Shown here: in pieces, positions 1-12,128 of the stretch
Layout of the letters: each line of letters opens with the position of its first letter
Numbering within the stretch: position 1 is the stretch's first letter
Notes under the pieces: generated by a model
What the model saw: only the letters and a program-made list of their open reading frames with translations
The model's database searches: none
Told to the model about the DNA's origin: nothing
Position numbers and translations under genes: made by a program
DNA from: Plasmodiophora brassicae
Lineage: Eukaryota
NCBI GenBank assembly: GCA_036867785.1
Contig: CP145409.1
Coordinates: forward strand, 124,001-188,000
Length of the DNA stretch: 64,000 bases
Direction of reading: 5' to 3'

Positions 1-115
1 CCGAAAGATGTCATCTGTTTTTCGGGTGGCCCGGCTCCAATCAGTGGGTAGCACGTAGCACCGCTGATCGAGGTGGCATCCCGGCCGGTCTAACCAAGGC
101 CCGTGTTTACGCGCG

Positions 116-1994
116 ATGCTGGCGCGAACGCTGCTGATGCGACGACCGCATCACTGCATTCGAACGATGGCCAAGAAACCGCCACCGACGCCACCGCCGT
201 CGGCGCCAAATCTGAAACCCGACCGGAAATCCGCCTCGGTGACGAACGTGAAATCCCCTCCGGCGAACGCGAAGCCTCCGCCCCCGTCGAACGCGAAGCC
301 TCCGCCCCCGTCGAACGCGAATTCCCCTCCGACTTCGAATGCGAAATCGCCGTCTAACGCAGGGAGCGGTGGTGGATCCGGTACGGGCACGAAGTTGCGG
401 TGTACTTGGCATGTGACGTCATTCATCTTGTGCTTGCTAGGACCACCACTGCCCGTTGTGGAAGGTGCATCGAAACGGTCTTGGTTTCGTCGCTTCTTGG
501 TAGTTGGGGGCGTTCCTGTTGTGCTTGGAGGATGTGCTCTGTATGCTTATCATCAGGACGAACGTGTTCGCGCAGTGGTTGACGATGCGATCGGCCCGCA
601 ATATGCCGAGGTGGACCCATGTGCATCGTTGCGTTCTGTCGTGAATGTCAACCTGTCCAAAGGTGCTGCATGACGCTGTGCTGAAGGTCCACGACACTAT
701 CCGTACGTTGTCGGATGATGCTCTTAAGGAAGATTACCAGTACGTAGCACACCGGACGACTTCCGGGCGCGTCTGACAACCGGCATGTGTTTCTCAGGAA
801 GGCACGAAATCCGGATATTCCGCCTGAAGATTTAGAGGAAGGTGATGTTGTACAGCCAGGTGCGGTTACAGCGGAACCCGAGCCTGCACCGAACGATGCT
901 GCTGCTCAAGTGCATGCGCTGGTGGGAAGCCTGGGACCTGTTGACCGGAGCGACTGCTTATGAGTGCACCCCATGACTTAGTTGCTTCAAAAAGAGGCAG
1001 AAGTACGGCACGAATACGACACAATGATTGAGCAGCGGGTTATGGACGCGCTGAAGTCGGCCATGCATCTTCGCGAGAGCGAACTGAAGGTCAAATACGA
1101 AGAAGATTTGATTGCGCAGGAGAAGGTGCTTCATTCGGTCAGATTCGCGTGCCTGTCAGCTGATGTTGTTTCAGGCCGTAAAAGCAGCGTTTGCAGAGGA
1201 GCGTGCTGGGCGTATGAAACGAATGTCTGACATTGAGGACAAAGTTGATAAAGTCGAGAGGATACTGTCATGGCACCAGGAGAAGCAGAGACAATCCCAT
1301 AAGGTCGTCAGTCATCGCCGTCTTTAACAGTCAGTCTGACATATACTGCAGGCGCACGTGCTTGCTGCGTCTGTAATCACCATGGACTCTGCACTCCAGT
1401 CAGGGTCGCCACTTGAGAACGGGTTCCTCGGCTTGAAGTCGATTGACAACGACAGTGCTGTCACGACAGCGCTTGAAACGGTATGCCGCACACTGTGACG
1501 CGTGATGTTCCCTGCAAACTTACGTTTTCGAATCAGCTACCTGCTGACCTTGTTGAAAGAGGTGCGCCTACTCTGGCTCAGCTTCAAGAGCGTTTCAAGG
1601 TCGTATCTGCCGCATGTCGTCGTGGTGCCCTGGTCCCGCCAGATGCGGGCGTTGTCGGTCATTTCCTAGGTATGTGCTGTGGGGGGCCCTGATTATATTG
1701 TCGCTAATGCTTGCATTGAAAGCATTCATATTTTCCATTCTTCTCGTCAACCGGAACTACTATTCGGACGGGTCTGACGATATCTCGAAATTGTACCGAG
1801 CCTCGTATTTCCTTTACCAAGGTGACCTGTACAACGCTGTCGACGAGATTGGTGGCCTGGAGGCGGACGGTCTCCCACGAAGACTTGCTGCTGATTGGCT
1901 TGCTGACGCCAAGAACCGGCTCATTGCAGTGCAGACCGTGCAATTCCTGAAAGCATACGCGTCGGAACTAGCCACCACGAATGCGCTTGCTTGA
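116..1994 (+). CDS. MIC60: MICOS subunit Mic60/mitofilin (multi-exon)
   Basis: Arg-rich presequence-like N-terminus (MLARTLLMRR), single TM (FLVVGGVPVVLGGCALYAY), coiled-coil exons, and a C-terminal mitofilin-like region (GAPTLAQLQERF...SKLYRASYFLYQGDLYNAVDEI...DWLADAKNRL). Several short GT-AG introns. Confidence 0.8.
262..360 (+). repeat. 24-nt coding tandem repeat (NAKPPPPS) in the Mic60 N-terminus
   Basis: cgaacgcgaagcctccgcccccgt occurs twice exactly, followed by degenerate copies. Confidence 0.8.
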
Positions 1995-2183
1995 GACTGT
2001 AGCAATATACCCACCCAGATGATCCGCATTTACCGGTTCGCTGAGGGCGCGATAACCTGGGAGCTTCGAGCTGACACCGGCCACGTGGGAGAAGCGCGCA
2101 GACAGACTTTATAGGAGTATCAGCAAACAGTGCTACGAGAGCGGTGCCTACTAAGATTACGTTTGAGAACAGGCCAGCCGGCA

Positions 2184-3653
2184 TTACGACAAGATCAAAC
2201 GCGTTGTATGTAAGAGCAAAGCGGTGCAAATACACGACAACGCGACTCCAATGAGTATTGAAGGTCGGGCGGGTTGAGATGGACGTTCAGGTATTGTTGT
2301 ATCCAAGGTTGGGACGGATGGCTGAACGATGTCTTCGATTTCGGCCGACTGTCGTTTCCGATTCGATTCCAAGACGAGTTGCCCACAGGCGCTGTCAATG
2401 TCTTGTCCCATTTCACGTCGGGTATAGCAGCGTAGACCGAACTCGTCCGTCAGACATTTCTGCAGATCGGTGACATCAGCAGGCGACGGCGCTTCGAATG
2501 TCTCCTTTGTCTTTGTTGGGTTGTAAGGTATCAGATTGAGGATGACGCCCTCCTTTCGCTTCGGGCCACCCTCGCAGATCAGCGCTCCCAACTGACGTCC
2601 GACATCCTTCGAATCGTTGATACCCTTGATAACAATGCATTCGACAAAGACCCGGGTTTTCGGTGGCGAATTCGCAAGGTGCTCGTCAAGCGCTCTCATC
2701 AATGCTTGCACAGGATAGGCGGAGCCCGAAGGAACTATCCGCATCCGGAGCGGCTGCGTGGGAGCATGCAGGCTCAAAGCCAGATTCACGCCGGGTGCAT
2801 CTCGTGCAAACGTCTTCATACGCGGGATGATGCCAACAGTGGAGACCTACGGCAACAGTTAACCATCGCCGGGATGATACTGCAACAGGACAGCATACAG
2901 TGATATGCCGACGAGCCATTCCGAACAATTTCGGGTTCGTCAGCGTAGTAATCGCGTCAATGACGGCGTTGTAGTTTGCAAATGCTGTACAAGAGCAGTC
3001 AGTTTGGGACGCAGACGACAGAGGACAAATGCAAAGACCACACGTTCTCCCATTCCCATGAAAACGATCCGAAATCCTTTCGGCAGCGAAAACCGCTGGC
3101 ACAGGACGACTTGCTCAACGATCTGCCCCGCCGACAGGTTCTTCGCGGTTCGCATCGTGCCTGTCGCACAAAACGTGCATCCTGCAGACGGCAAACAATT
3201 AGCGCACCCTTCCCACAGTCGTCGTCAACGAACCTTGGGCACATCCAACCTGCGATGAAATGCACAGCGTTCTATCACAGCACTCGCAATCAGCGTCTAT
3301 AAAGGAGTCTCTAGAACCACGACGGGTGCATACGTCCAAGACGACTGGCGAATAATGACGGTTTCGACGGAAGATCCGTCTTGTAAGTTGACCTGGAGTT
3401 TGGTCGTACGGACGCATTCGCGAACAGCGCCAATCCTGCTCGTCATGCAGGATAGTTCGCGCCGGCGGCCGGCTTCGGCAACACGTCTCGCGCATTTCCG
3501 ATCGAAATCCGGCACGCCACTGACGAGATCGTCCAAGGATCCGCACGGTCGCCGGATCAGATGCGTGCGCAACTGGTCGGCGTGGCGCTCGCTGAACCCG
3601 TTGTCTCGCATCCATTCGTTCAAGAGCCGTCCATCGTACAGCGAGACAGTCAT
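2184..3653 (-). CDS. RlmN/Cfr-family radical SAM RNA methyltransferase (multi-exon) with hydrophobic C-terminal tail
   Basis: Spliced motifs VETVII, TLCISSQVGCAQGCTFCATG (CxxxCxxC), FMGMGEP, STVG, LALSLHAP, NLIPYNP and GQDIDSACGQL. Confidence 0.9.
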
Positions 3654-4943
3654 TGCGCGTCTGGCCTCTGCGGCAAATGATGCCGCCACGGCGCCAGATT
3701 CAGCGGAGCTGCACACGGTATATCTCCGTGACGTTGCTATGGTAGGCGGACGCCGCCACCTCGATTGGAACTCTACCGGTAAGCACGACATAATCTGTTA
3801 GCTGGACCGTTGCACCGGTGTACACGTCCGATTGGGGATGGGAGCCTACGCAAACGAGGTGGACGCAATGGGCGAGGGAGAGGTTCCTCCCGATCAGATG
3901 CCTCACGGGACGCAGACATTGGGGAATCCTAGAACAGGAGCACCATACTCGTAACCGGTGGCCATCGAGGAAGATCGCCGGTCCGTATTCTCGATTAGAC
4001 GGCATCTTCTGACATACTGTAGGACGTCCTCGTGCAGTTAGTATGATTTGGCAGTGACCAGAAATAGACCGGCTGCGGACGGTGTTGTCCAGAATTGGCA
4101 GTGCAGGATTCAGGTAGTCCGTCGAGAGTCGCAGGAGCTGGCTGGCAATGCGGCTCTGGCAGGTTCTTGCCGTCCTTGTCGGCGTTCATCACGTTGCAGT
4201 GACGCACGGAGCGCACTGCCGGGCGACATCGTATGTTCATTGTCGCAGATCTGCGCTACCTAAGTCTAATGATCCATCAGGACCCACGATGAAGACGCGT
4301 CCGCAACTGACCAGGCAAACTGGAAGCGTTCGATCAGCAGAAAGGAATACCTTACGATCATGTAAGCTCGCGCCAACCTGCTGTACCAGGATTTCCTAAA
4401 TGCTGTCCCGACTGTATCAGGGACAGGAAAGATGACGACCCGAACGAGCTGACCGGGTTTGCCGAGGATCAGCGCGACGCGATCGCCGTATGCAGAGTCC
4501 TGAAGTCTTGTTGCCGGTCGCCGCTTCTTCGCAAGGACATTAATGGGACGATTGGGTTATGCAGAGCATGTCGGCCCTCGTTCACTCCCGATGGGGACCT
4601 TCGCGACGAGATAAACTGGCGGTATCTCAAGCCGTACGGAGGCTCGAAACGAGATGTCCGTCCACCGTTCGAACTGTTCCAACACATCGCAGCCAACATA
4701 CGAGATCATTCGGCATCGTCCCGCGGTCATATTCAAGTTCTGGTTTCAGATGCGCCGGGCCCCGGCCTTGATGCCGACAGTGCTAAACGCGAACCTGCCA
4801 GCGTCTCCTCGTCTGGTTCCCGGAAACCCGACGATTCTGTAGCGACATCTGAGAATGACACGGACAAGGGCCAACTGCTTGATGCTGCTCAGCATGGGAC
4901 GATAAGCGGTACTGATCAGCGACGTCACTGGCCGACCGCAGCA

Positions 4944-5369
4944 ATGTGGCGGCGTACCGGAATCGCCATCGCCTCTGTCGGCATCCCCGCTACGTGGTGG
5001 TCTCGGTCTCGCAAGCCACGTAACCGTCCGGTTGTCCCAAGAATGCTGCGCTCCATTCGCTCGCTGTCACGACGGCGTGCATTGTCAGCGGCCGGCATCG
5101 TACTTGCGTCGTCCGTCCTTTGGGGGGCGCTGTCTTCCGGAAAGCGGCGCGCCGCACTGCAACGCGAAGGCCAACCAGTGTCGCGACCAAAGACGACAAC
5201 GAACGGCATCATCGGTCGGTATCCTCTATGGGCCTGGATAGCTCTGGCCGCCGCCGGGCTCTGCTTTGCCGTATCTCTCGCCGTGATCGTCCAGTACAGG
5301 GTGCGGAAGTACTGTTTGCGTCGGCGGCAACGACGACAAGCGGTTGCACTCGATCGCCTGTTCTTCTAG
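4944..5369 (+). CDS. Hypothetical Arg-rich membrane protein (possibly the last exon of a longer gene)
   Basis: Hydrophobic segments (AAGIVLASSVLWGAL; LWAWIALAAAGLCFAVSLAVIV) followed by an Arg-rich tail. No family recognised. Confidence 0.4.
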   Translation: MWRRTGIAIASVGIPATWWSRSRKPRNRPVVPRMLRSIRSLSRRRALSAAGIVLASSVLWGALSSGKRRAALQREGQPVSRPKTTTNGIIGRYPLWAWIALAAAGLCFAVSLAVIVQYRVRKYCLRRRQRRQAVALDRLFF

Positions 5370-6269
5370 TACGCCCCAGGAGACGGCGGCGTCGGCACGT
5401 ACAGCAGGGGGTCACTGATCAGCAATGCATATATTCACGTTTCGTTTCTGCCTTGCCCTGCCGCGGGTCGCGAAATGGGCCAAGCGCCGTACGCTTTGAC
5501 ACGAAGTCGATATCTGGTTGATTACGTGTGGCGGGGAGGCGATCTACAGGCCCAGTTCAGGCCAACGGAATCGACCCTGCTGCTGCTGCTGCTGCTGAGT
5601 CGCCCTGGCGTTCTGACCTACATAGGACGACCCACGATGGCTCGCCGACACAGTTTTCGACGTCGTTGGCGCGCTGGTCGGGGTTCAGCGCCCCATACGA
5701 TTGGGTTAAGGCCAGCGCGGCAGTAAGCCCGGCATTGGTGTCCCCATTGTAATCGTGCAGCGTCACAACGTCGACGAACTGGTACTGGAACAGGTTCGGT
5801 GCTGCCGAATCAAGAATATCGTGGCGGCTCGCTGGCACAGTCAGTCGGGAACAGCCAGGCGACGACTACTTGCAAGTGGGGGCAGCGGGCAACGTGCGCC
5901 ACCTGATGAGGTCGTATCCAATCCCGAAGCATTCGCAGGTTCTACGAACCGGTTCTCGTGCCCGTTCAGCGGAGAAGACGTCACCGGCGCGTGTAGAAGC
6001 GCTGTGATGGTGTCGATGACCGGCAATATGTTCTGGTGCCCTCACGCCGGAGGCGCCAGACAGTCTACATATCGTTCAAGCGTCTTCCCTGGCCCTGTAC
6101 GCCAGAGCGGCCCCTATGCTTTGTATCGCGTATTGGAACAAGGGCTTGCTGGGCAATCGAGAACATTCCTGCCGCCGCGTCGTTCTAGAAGTATGTCGTA
6201 CGTGGCCGGCCAGGTCATGTACCCTCATTGTGTAGGCAGTATCCAGACACGGACGCCATCACGATCACG

Positions 6270-7069
6270 ATGCGTCGCCAGGTGCTCCACGTGCTGCTCG
6301 TCGCCTGTTGCCTGTTGGCGGGCGCTCACGCGGCCCAGATCGGTCAGCCAGGCAGCCATATGTGATGATGCTGCGGATACGATTTAACGCTCCACCGTTG
6401 CACAGCTCCAGGCAACGTCGCCAGCAAACAGGTTGCTGCGAAAGCGTTGCACCCGACAAAGCATCGTCCGTCTCATGCCACGACACAGGGCGCGGTGCAC
6501 GCCGCTCCAGCAACGGCGCGTCGGGTGCTGCGGGACGTGACGTCCAGGGCGCCTGCGCCCCCCAAGGTACACACGATTGCATCCGCGCCACACACTGACG
6601 ACGAAATCGACGACGCCCGATGCAGACGCGACCATCGCCAACCACCGGGGCACCCACCCGTCCCGGGACGCCCCGTCAACGCCCACCTACTAGCACCCGT
6701 AGTCGTCCGGCCACCATGGTGGCGTCGCCTGCGAACCGTGTCACGACGGACGCGCGCCGTCGATCGCCGACAACGGTGATGAAGGCAGGGCCCGCGACGC
6801 CTCACACGACCATGGCGCAGCGTGCCCCCGTCCACAAGCAAACGTCGACGATGTCACTGCCGGTCGTACCGATCGTGCACGTGCGCCCGGCAACAACGAC
6901 AGCGGCACAGGCGACGACGACGCCGGCGCCGACCCCATTCCCGCATTACACGTTGCCACCGATCGACGCCAACACAAACATCAGGAGCAATCCGGCGCCC
7001 ATGCCGGGGCACGCGTCCCCGTGGTCGATCGGCATCGTCGTCGCCGTCATCGTCCTCACGGTCGCGTAA
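6270..7069 (+). CDS. Secreted Thr/Pro-rich mucin-like protein, probable GPI anchor or C-terminal TM (3 exons)
   Basis: ATG 6270 gives signal peptide MRRQVLHVLLVACCLLAGAHA. GT-AG introns 6343-6405 and ~6568-6625 keep the frame. Ends in a hydrophobic tail (WSIGIVVAVIVLTVA). Confidence 0.65.
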
Positions 7070-7092
7070 CAGAGACACAGGCGGCGCGCAGG

Positions 7093-7116
7093 CACACACA
7101 CACACACATACACACA
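7093..7116. repeat. (CA)n microsatellite
   Basis: cacacacacacacacatacacaca between two convergent genes. Confidence 0.85.
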
Positions 7117-7159
7117 GGGACAGCCGGGCGTTCATCGTCGTCCATGACCGGAGAGTGCA

Positions 7160-7543
7160 CTAAGGAATATAGCCGCCGGCTTGCAGAATCGGTTTGAACA
7201 GCTCCGTCGAGTTCCAGTTCTCGGTGCGTTCGATGTCCTCGCGGATCTGCACGAACACGTCCTTGACGTTCGTCGTCGTCGCGTCGATGTCCAGCGACCC
7301 GCCGGACGTGAACTCGACCTTGATCGTCGGCTGCAGGCCGGTCTCGATCCGGGTCTCCACCTGGACGGCGGCGCCCGCCTTCGCCTTCTTGCCCGCCAGC
7401 TGCCGCATCAGCTCCCGGCAGCACTGCGCCCTCGGGTGCATCATGTCGAACGCGATCTGGATGCGCTTGACGCCGCTGAGCAGCGTCGGCGCGACGGCGG
7501 CGGCCGCGTCCGCCGCCACCTTGGCCTTGCCCGCCTTCGACAT
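7160..7543 (-). CDS. Mitochondrial ribosomal protein mL53-like
   Basis: 127 aa; VKRIQIAFDMMHPRAQCCRELM...PTIKVEFTSG resembles the mL53/MrpL44 thioredoxin-like fold. Confidence 0.65.
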   Translation of the reverse strand: MSKAGKAKVAADAAAAVAPTLLSGVKRIQIAFDMMHPRAQCCRELMRQLAGKKAKAGAAVQVETRIETGLQPTIKVEFTSGGSLDIDATTTNVKDVFVQIREDIERTENWNSTELFKPILQAGGYIP

Positions 7544-7584
7544 GGGGCGGCGCGCGCGTTAGCGGAGTCCGCCGCCAACATCCA

Positions 7585-9557
7585 ATGGCGTCGTCGTCGT
7601 CATCATCGTCGTCGGCGCCCTGGAAGCTGCTGCCGGCCGACCAGGTCGCCTGCGCGCTCTGCTCAGCGCCGTTCACGCTGTTCACCCGGCGCCATCACTG
7701 CCGCGCCTGCGGGTACGAACGACCCTGTGCGCGTGCGCGTCCTGCACAATCCTGACGCGACGCACCCCCCGTCCAGGCTGGTCGTGTGTGCCGCGTGCTC
7801 CCGCGGGCGCCGCCCGGTCGCCGCCGACGCGTCCGCCCGCGTCTGCGATAAATGCAGGTGCCGGTTCGAGCTGGTCGATCGCGGCGTCGACGTCGACCTG
7901 CTCATCTGCTTCATCGTGCAGCAGTGCTCGATGCTGGCCGACGTCGACGCCCTGAAGCGCCTCCACGTCGAGCGCATCGATACGGTCGGTGCGCTGCGCG
8001 ACGACGCCGACGTGTTCGTGCACCTGCGGCCGGTGCCCGCGTGTCCCGCTGACGTTGCCGTCGACGTGCTGGACCGGGCGCGCGCTGGCGACCTCTGCGC
8101 CTCCGTACGTACACCGCACGCGCGCGACGACGACCTGTTCCTGAATCGTCACGCGCTGTGCTAGTGGTCCCACGAGTTGCATCACCTGCGGCGGGCCGGC
8201 GCCGTGTTCGCGTTCCTCGAGATGGTGTCCGATACGCGCGTCTGGATGCGCCGTCTGTTCGCCGTGACGAACAACGGCGACCTGGCCGTCTCCAACATCG
8301 ACTGCCAGGACCCGAGGTGCGCCCCCACCGGCGTCGTTCGCCTCCCTGTGTGCCGGCGCCCACTGATTCGCGGCGGCGCGAATAGCAACCCGACCGAGGA
8401 CGCGCTGGCGGTCCGGTTCATTCGACCCATCAGCCTGGTGCGGTCGCTGTACACGAAGAAGGTCGTTCTATGTAGGTTCGCCCAGTGCTCCACCGCGTGG
8501 GCGATGTACGACGTTGACCCGGTTGCGCAGCGGAGGCGTCGCGATTCATGCCCGAGGTCGTCGGGCGCGCCGTCTGCGTCAAGTGGCGCGACGAGGACAG
8601 CACCCGCAAGGACACCGTCCTGGTCGTCACCGGCTCGACGGACCGGGACATGGAGCGCAACCAGAAGGAGCTTCTCGAGACCGTTCGCGTTCACGTCGAC
8701 CTGTTCGTCGAACGCAAACGACGCCGGGTACGACCGTGGGCCAGCTGCTCCCCCCAGGGCTGTTGCCGATGATACCTGGTCTGTGGTCCAGACGCAGGAA
8801 ATGTCGCGAAGGCGATCGCAGATGTCCGTTCCCGTCAGTTGGGATCATCCCGAGCACGCCTCGCTGCTGGGACGATTGTGGCGGGCGTTGAAGCCCGACG
8901 ATCACTTTCCGTAGGTGCCAGGCAGATGCTGACGGTGACGTCGCTGACCATCTGTAGTGGCAGCAAATCAGAGCGATGGTCCGAGATCGGGTTCCAGGGC
9001 AAGGACCCGCAGACTGATTTCCGGGGCACCGGTTTTCTCGTACGTTGACGCCCCGTGACGCGCGTGTGCTGAACGCCAGGGGCGCTCACCTGTACCTGGT
9101 GGTGACCAGGGGTTGTTGTGCCTCGTGTACTGGAGCGAGACGCTCGGGGCGGTCGCCCAAGAGATGGTTCACCAGCATCGGCACTATCCCGTCTGTACGG
9201 CGGCCATCAACCTCGTCCAGATGCTCGACGATCTGATCGGGGAGTTGCCCTGTAATCGTGACACGCCGCGCGCGTCCACGCCGCCGTTCGGGACCTAACA
9301 CGGTTTGAATAGCGGCGTCGGAGCTCGGCAGCGAAATGCTGCTGGTGCTGTGCCATCAAGACGCGCCCGAGGAGGAGGCCTTCGAGCAGATGTTCTGCGC
9401 GCTGCTGATGCGCTTCGATCGCCTGTTCGTCGGGATGCAGGCGCGGTACATGGACTTCCCGCGCGTTCGCGACCAATTCCTGGTCGACGTCAACGCCATG
9501 TTGAACAGGCACCCGTTCTGCTACGCGACCCTGCACCGATGGCTCGCCGACGTCTAG
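7585..9557 (+). CDS. FYVE zinc finger + ELMO/CED-12 domain protein (multi-exon)
   Basis: N-terminal CALCSAPFTLFTRRHHCRACG|LVVCAACS...RVCDKC (FYVE). C-terminal LLGRLWRAL, WSEIGFQGKDPQTDFRGTG, YPVCTAAINL and FEQMFC (ELMO). Confidence 0.85.
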
Positions 9558-9637
9558 ACGACTGCCGTACCTAGGCTAGGTAATAACATATCTATCTTTA
9601 TCTGGCACTGTATTCGAGGCGTATCTGGTGAACACGT

Positions 9638-10195
9638 TTACTGCCACAGCGCTGCCAGCATGATGGCCGCCGACATTGCCGGCCCGATGAGGCGATTCGC
9701 TGCCGAGGTCGGCGCGATTGGAAGGCGAATGGGCGGCAGGGTCACAACCACTGGCAATGGCGCCGCCTGCACGGTCGTGGCCGGCGTGCCCGGCTGCTTG
9801 GTCGTCAACGCCCGGGTGGGCGCCGTCGTCGCAGGTGGCGCCTTTAACGTCGCCGGACGCGTGGTCGCCGCCTTCTTCACCATGGTTCGTGTCGTGGGGC
9901 GCAACGTTGGCGCTGGCGTCTTTGTCGGCCTTGGCGTCGTCGCCGCTGTCTTCACCGGCTTCATTGTCGGCGCCGGCGTGGTCGCCACCGTCTGGACTGG
10001 CTTCACTGTGGGCTTCGGCGTGACGGTCACCTTTGCCACGGTACGTCGGGTCGTCACCACCTTGACGTTCACAGCCCGGTCCAGCGCGGTTCCTGCACGA
10101 TCGTGACCCGCGGCGCTTCGTGGGCCATTAGGCGGCGCTCCTGCCCACGAGAGCGACAGCAGCAAGACGACGAACAGGGCGACACGGGCGGTCAT
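9638..10195 (-). CDS. Secreted Thr/Pro/Lys-rich protein, probable GPI anchor
   Basis: Signal peptide MTARVALFVVLLLSLSWAG, T/P-rich body and a hydrophobic end (SAANRLIGPAMSAAIMLAALWQ). Confidence 0.75.
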   Translation of the reverse strand: MTARVALFVVLLLSLSWAGAPPNGPRSAAGHDRAGTALDRAVNVKVVTTRRTVAKVTVTPKPTVKPVQTVATTPAPTMKPVKTAATTPRPTKTPAPTLRPTTRTMVKKAATTRPATLKAPPATTAPTRALTTKQPGTPATTVQAAPLPVVVTLPPIRLPIAPTSAANRLIGPAMSAAIMLAALWQ

Positions 10196-10343
10196 GGTCT
10201 CTGATGATCACTGATCACTGTGCATCTGCCAGGGCAGGGGCCGCGTTCTGGAATAACCCGTTCTAGAACGGGCCGTCGAGGAACGTTCCCGTCGCATACG
10301 ATGGCGCCGGGCTCGACGCATGCGGCAAACCGATAGTTATTGT

Positions 10344-12022
10344 TTACACTGGCCATTGCTCCTCGTCGATCGGGTACTCCTCGGGCGCATCGCTCCAGTG
10401 GTCAATCAGCAGCTCGACGAAGGATCGCTCGTCGTCGGCGCTGTCGAGGTGCTCCAGCGGGTCCGCCACGACGACGGCCACGTACCGCATCAGGCACGGG
10501 GCGAACACGTGCGCCAGCACCACCTTGTCCGTCGGCGCCTGCCGGCTCGTCTCCTGAAGGGCGCTGATCACGCCGGCCAGGACGCGACGGTTCACGTCGG
10601 GCAGGCGAGTCAAACAGTGGCCGACGCAGGCCGCGATGTCGTCCGGCCCTCGGAACGGGCCGCGGCCCACCTCCAGGCACAGCTGGTACACGCCGACCGG
10701 GATCACAGGGCGATCCAGCGCTCGCAGCCAGTACTTCAACAGGTACGCCGGCACGATGGCGCTCCTATCGTCGTCGTCGTCGTCGTGCCACTGGAAGCGC
10801 CCGGCGCGCACCTGGTCCATGTACTCCTGCAAACGGGTCGTGCGCCTCGGTGACACGCGGAAGACCCGGTCGGCGGCGAACCCGTTCGCCTGGCGGAACG
10901 CGTGCAGGATCTGGCTGAACACGACCGGGACGGTGCGTCTCGGGTGCGCGCCCTGCTGCGCCGCCATGATCGCCTCCAGTGTCAGCACCGGCGCCCGACG
11001 ACGATCCAGCAGGTCCTCCAGCGATAGCGGGAGATCGTACGCGAGCGGCGCCGTCGTCTCGACCAGCGCCTCGCTCTGCTGCTCCGCCTGCTGGCACTCG
11101 GCGACGAAGCGGCCGGGGTCGGTGACGACGACAGCGACGACGCGGTCGCGCCCGACGGACGGGTCGACGTGCTCGACGAGGGCCCGGCAGATGGCGGCGG
11201 TGCGTGTCGTGTTGCGCGCGTCGATCGCTTGGAGGGCGTCCAGCAGGTCGGGTGCGGTGCCGGTGCGGAACTGCCGCTGCGTGGTGCGTGCGTGCCCGAC
11301 GGCGCGATCGTACGCCGCCGAGGCGCGCAGGGCCCGCTCCGCCTGGACCTGGTGCTGATCCTCGGGGCGCACGCCGCCCTTCCACCGACCCAGCCGACCC
11401 GCTGCCTCCGTCGGCCTCGTTACCGTGGCCTGCTGCTCCAGGCACCGGCGACGTTGCCGCGCCAGGTCCCTGGACGCCATCTCCATCGTCGTGACGTGGC
11501 CCGACACGACAGCGGCGATCTCCGGCAGGGTCAGAGCGGGCGCGTCCTGGCTCGGTTGCACGGCGACCGATATGCAATCGCTGAGGCCGCTGCACTGACG
11601 CCCGAACGACTCCAGGGCAGACAGCGCGTCAGCGTAATGGATGGGCATATCGTTCGTTGCCACGTTGCGTTCATCGCGAACGATCTGCAGCAGCGTCCTC
11701 GACAGAGTCTTCACCTGCGGGTGACATGGCGAGCTGTGTCAGACGCTGAGCGAATCGGGTGCCGCTCGTGATTACCCACCGCCGTTGCGGTCAGCGCCTG
11801 CAGGGCCTCGGCACGTCGCAGGCGCTGCTGGGATCGTTCGACCTCGGCGACGGCGATCTCAGGCGATTCGATGAGAATGCCCAGCTGGCGCCATCGTTGC
11901 CCTGGGGCGACGTCGGCCCCGTCGTCCGGCGGTGATGCTGCCGCAGGTACGAGTGGGTGATCAGCTGGGTCCCCGTCAGGGGCGACGACGATGCCGACGT
12001 CTGCTGTGCCCCTCGACGCCAT
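10344..12022 (-). CDS. RhoGAP protein with N-terminal helical (F-BAR-like) region (2 exons)
   Basis: VPVVFSQIL, VFRVSP, YLLKYWLRALDRPVIP, LTRLPDVNRRVL and LAHVFAPCL motifs. Intron ~11715-11775. Confidence 0.8.
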
Positions 12023-12128
12023 CGTACGTTAGCGCTTAGGGTGGTGACGAGTGTCTGGGGGGTCCAACGCTCGAATACTCTGGAATAGAGACAGCGCTGC
12101 GAATGTATTCCAGAACGTGCGGTCTCGA

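Noticed and set aside
262-360. Short repeats considered as a CRISPR-like array
   Set aside because: Contiguous in-frame coding repeats without spacers, in a eukaryotic gene.
3700-4940. Several short ORFs on both strands
   Set aside because: No recognisable domain, codon bias or supportable splice model.
5400-6260. Short ORFs and a (CTG)n run at ~5577-5596
   Set aside because: No coherent gene model; the simple repeat is unremarkable.
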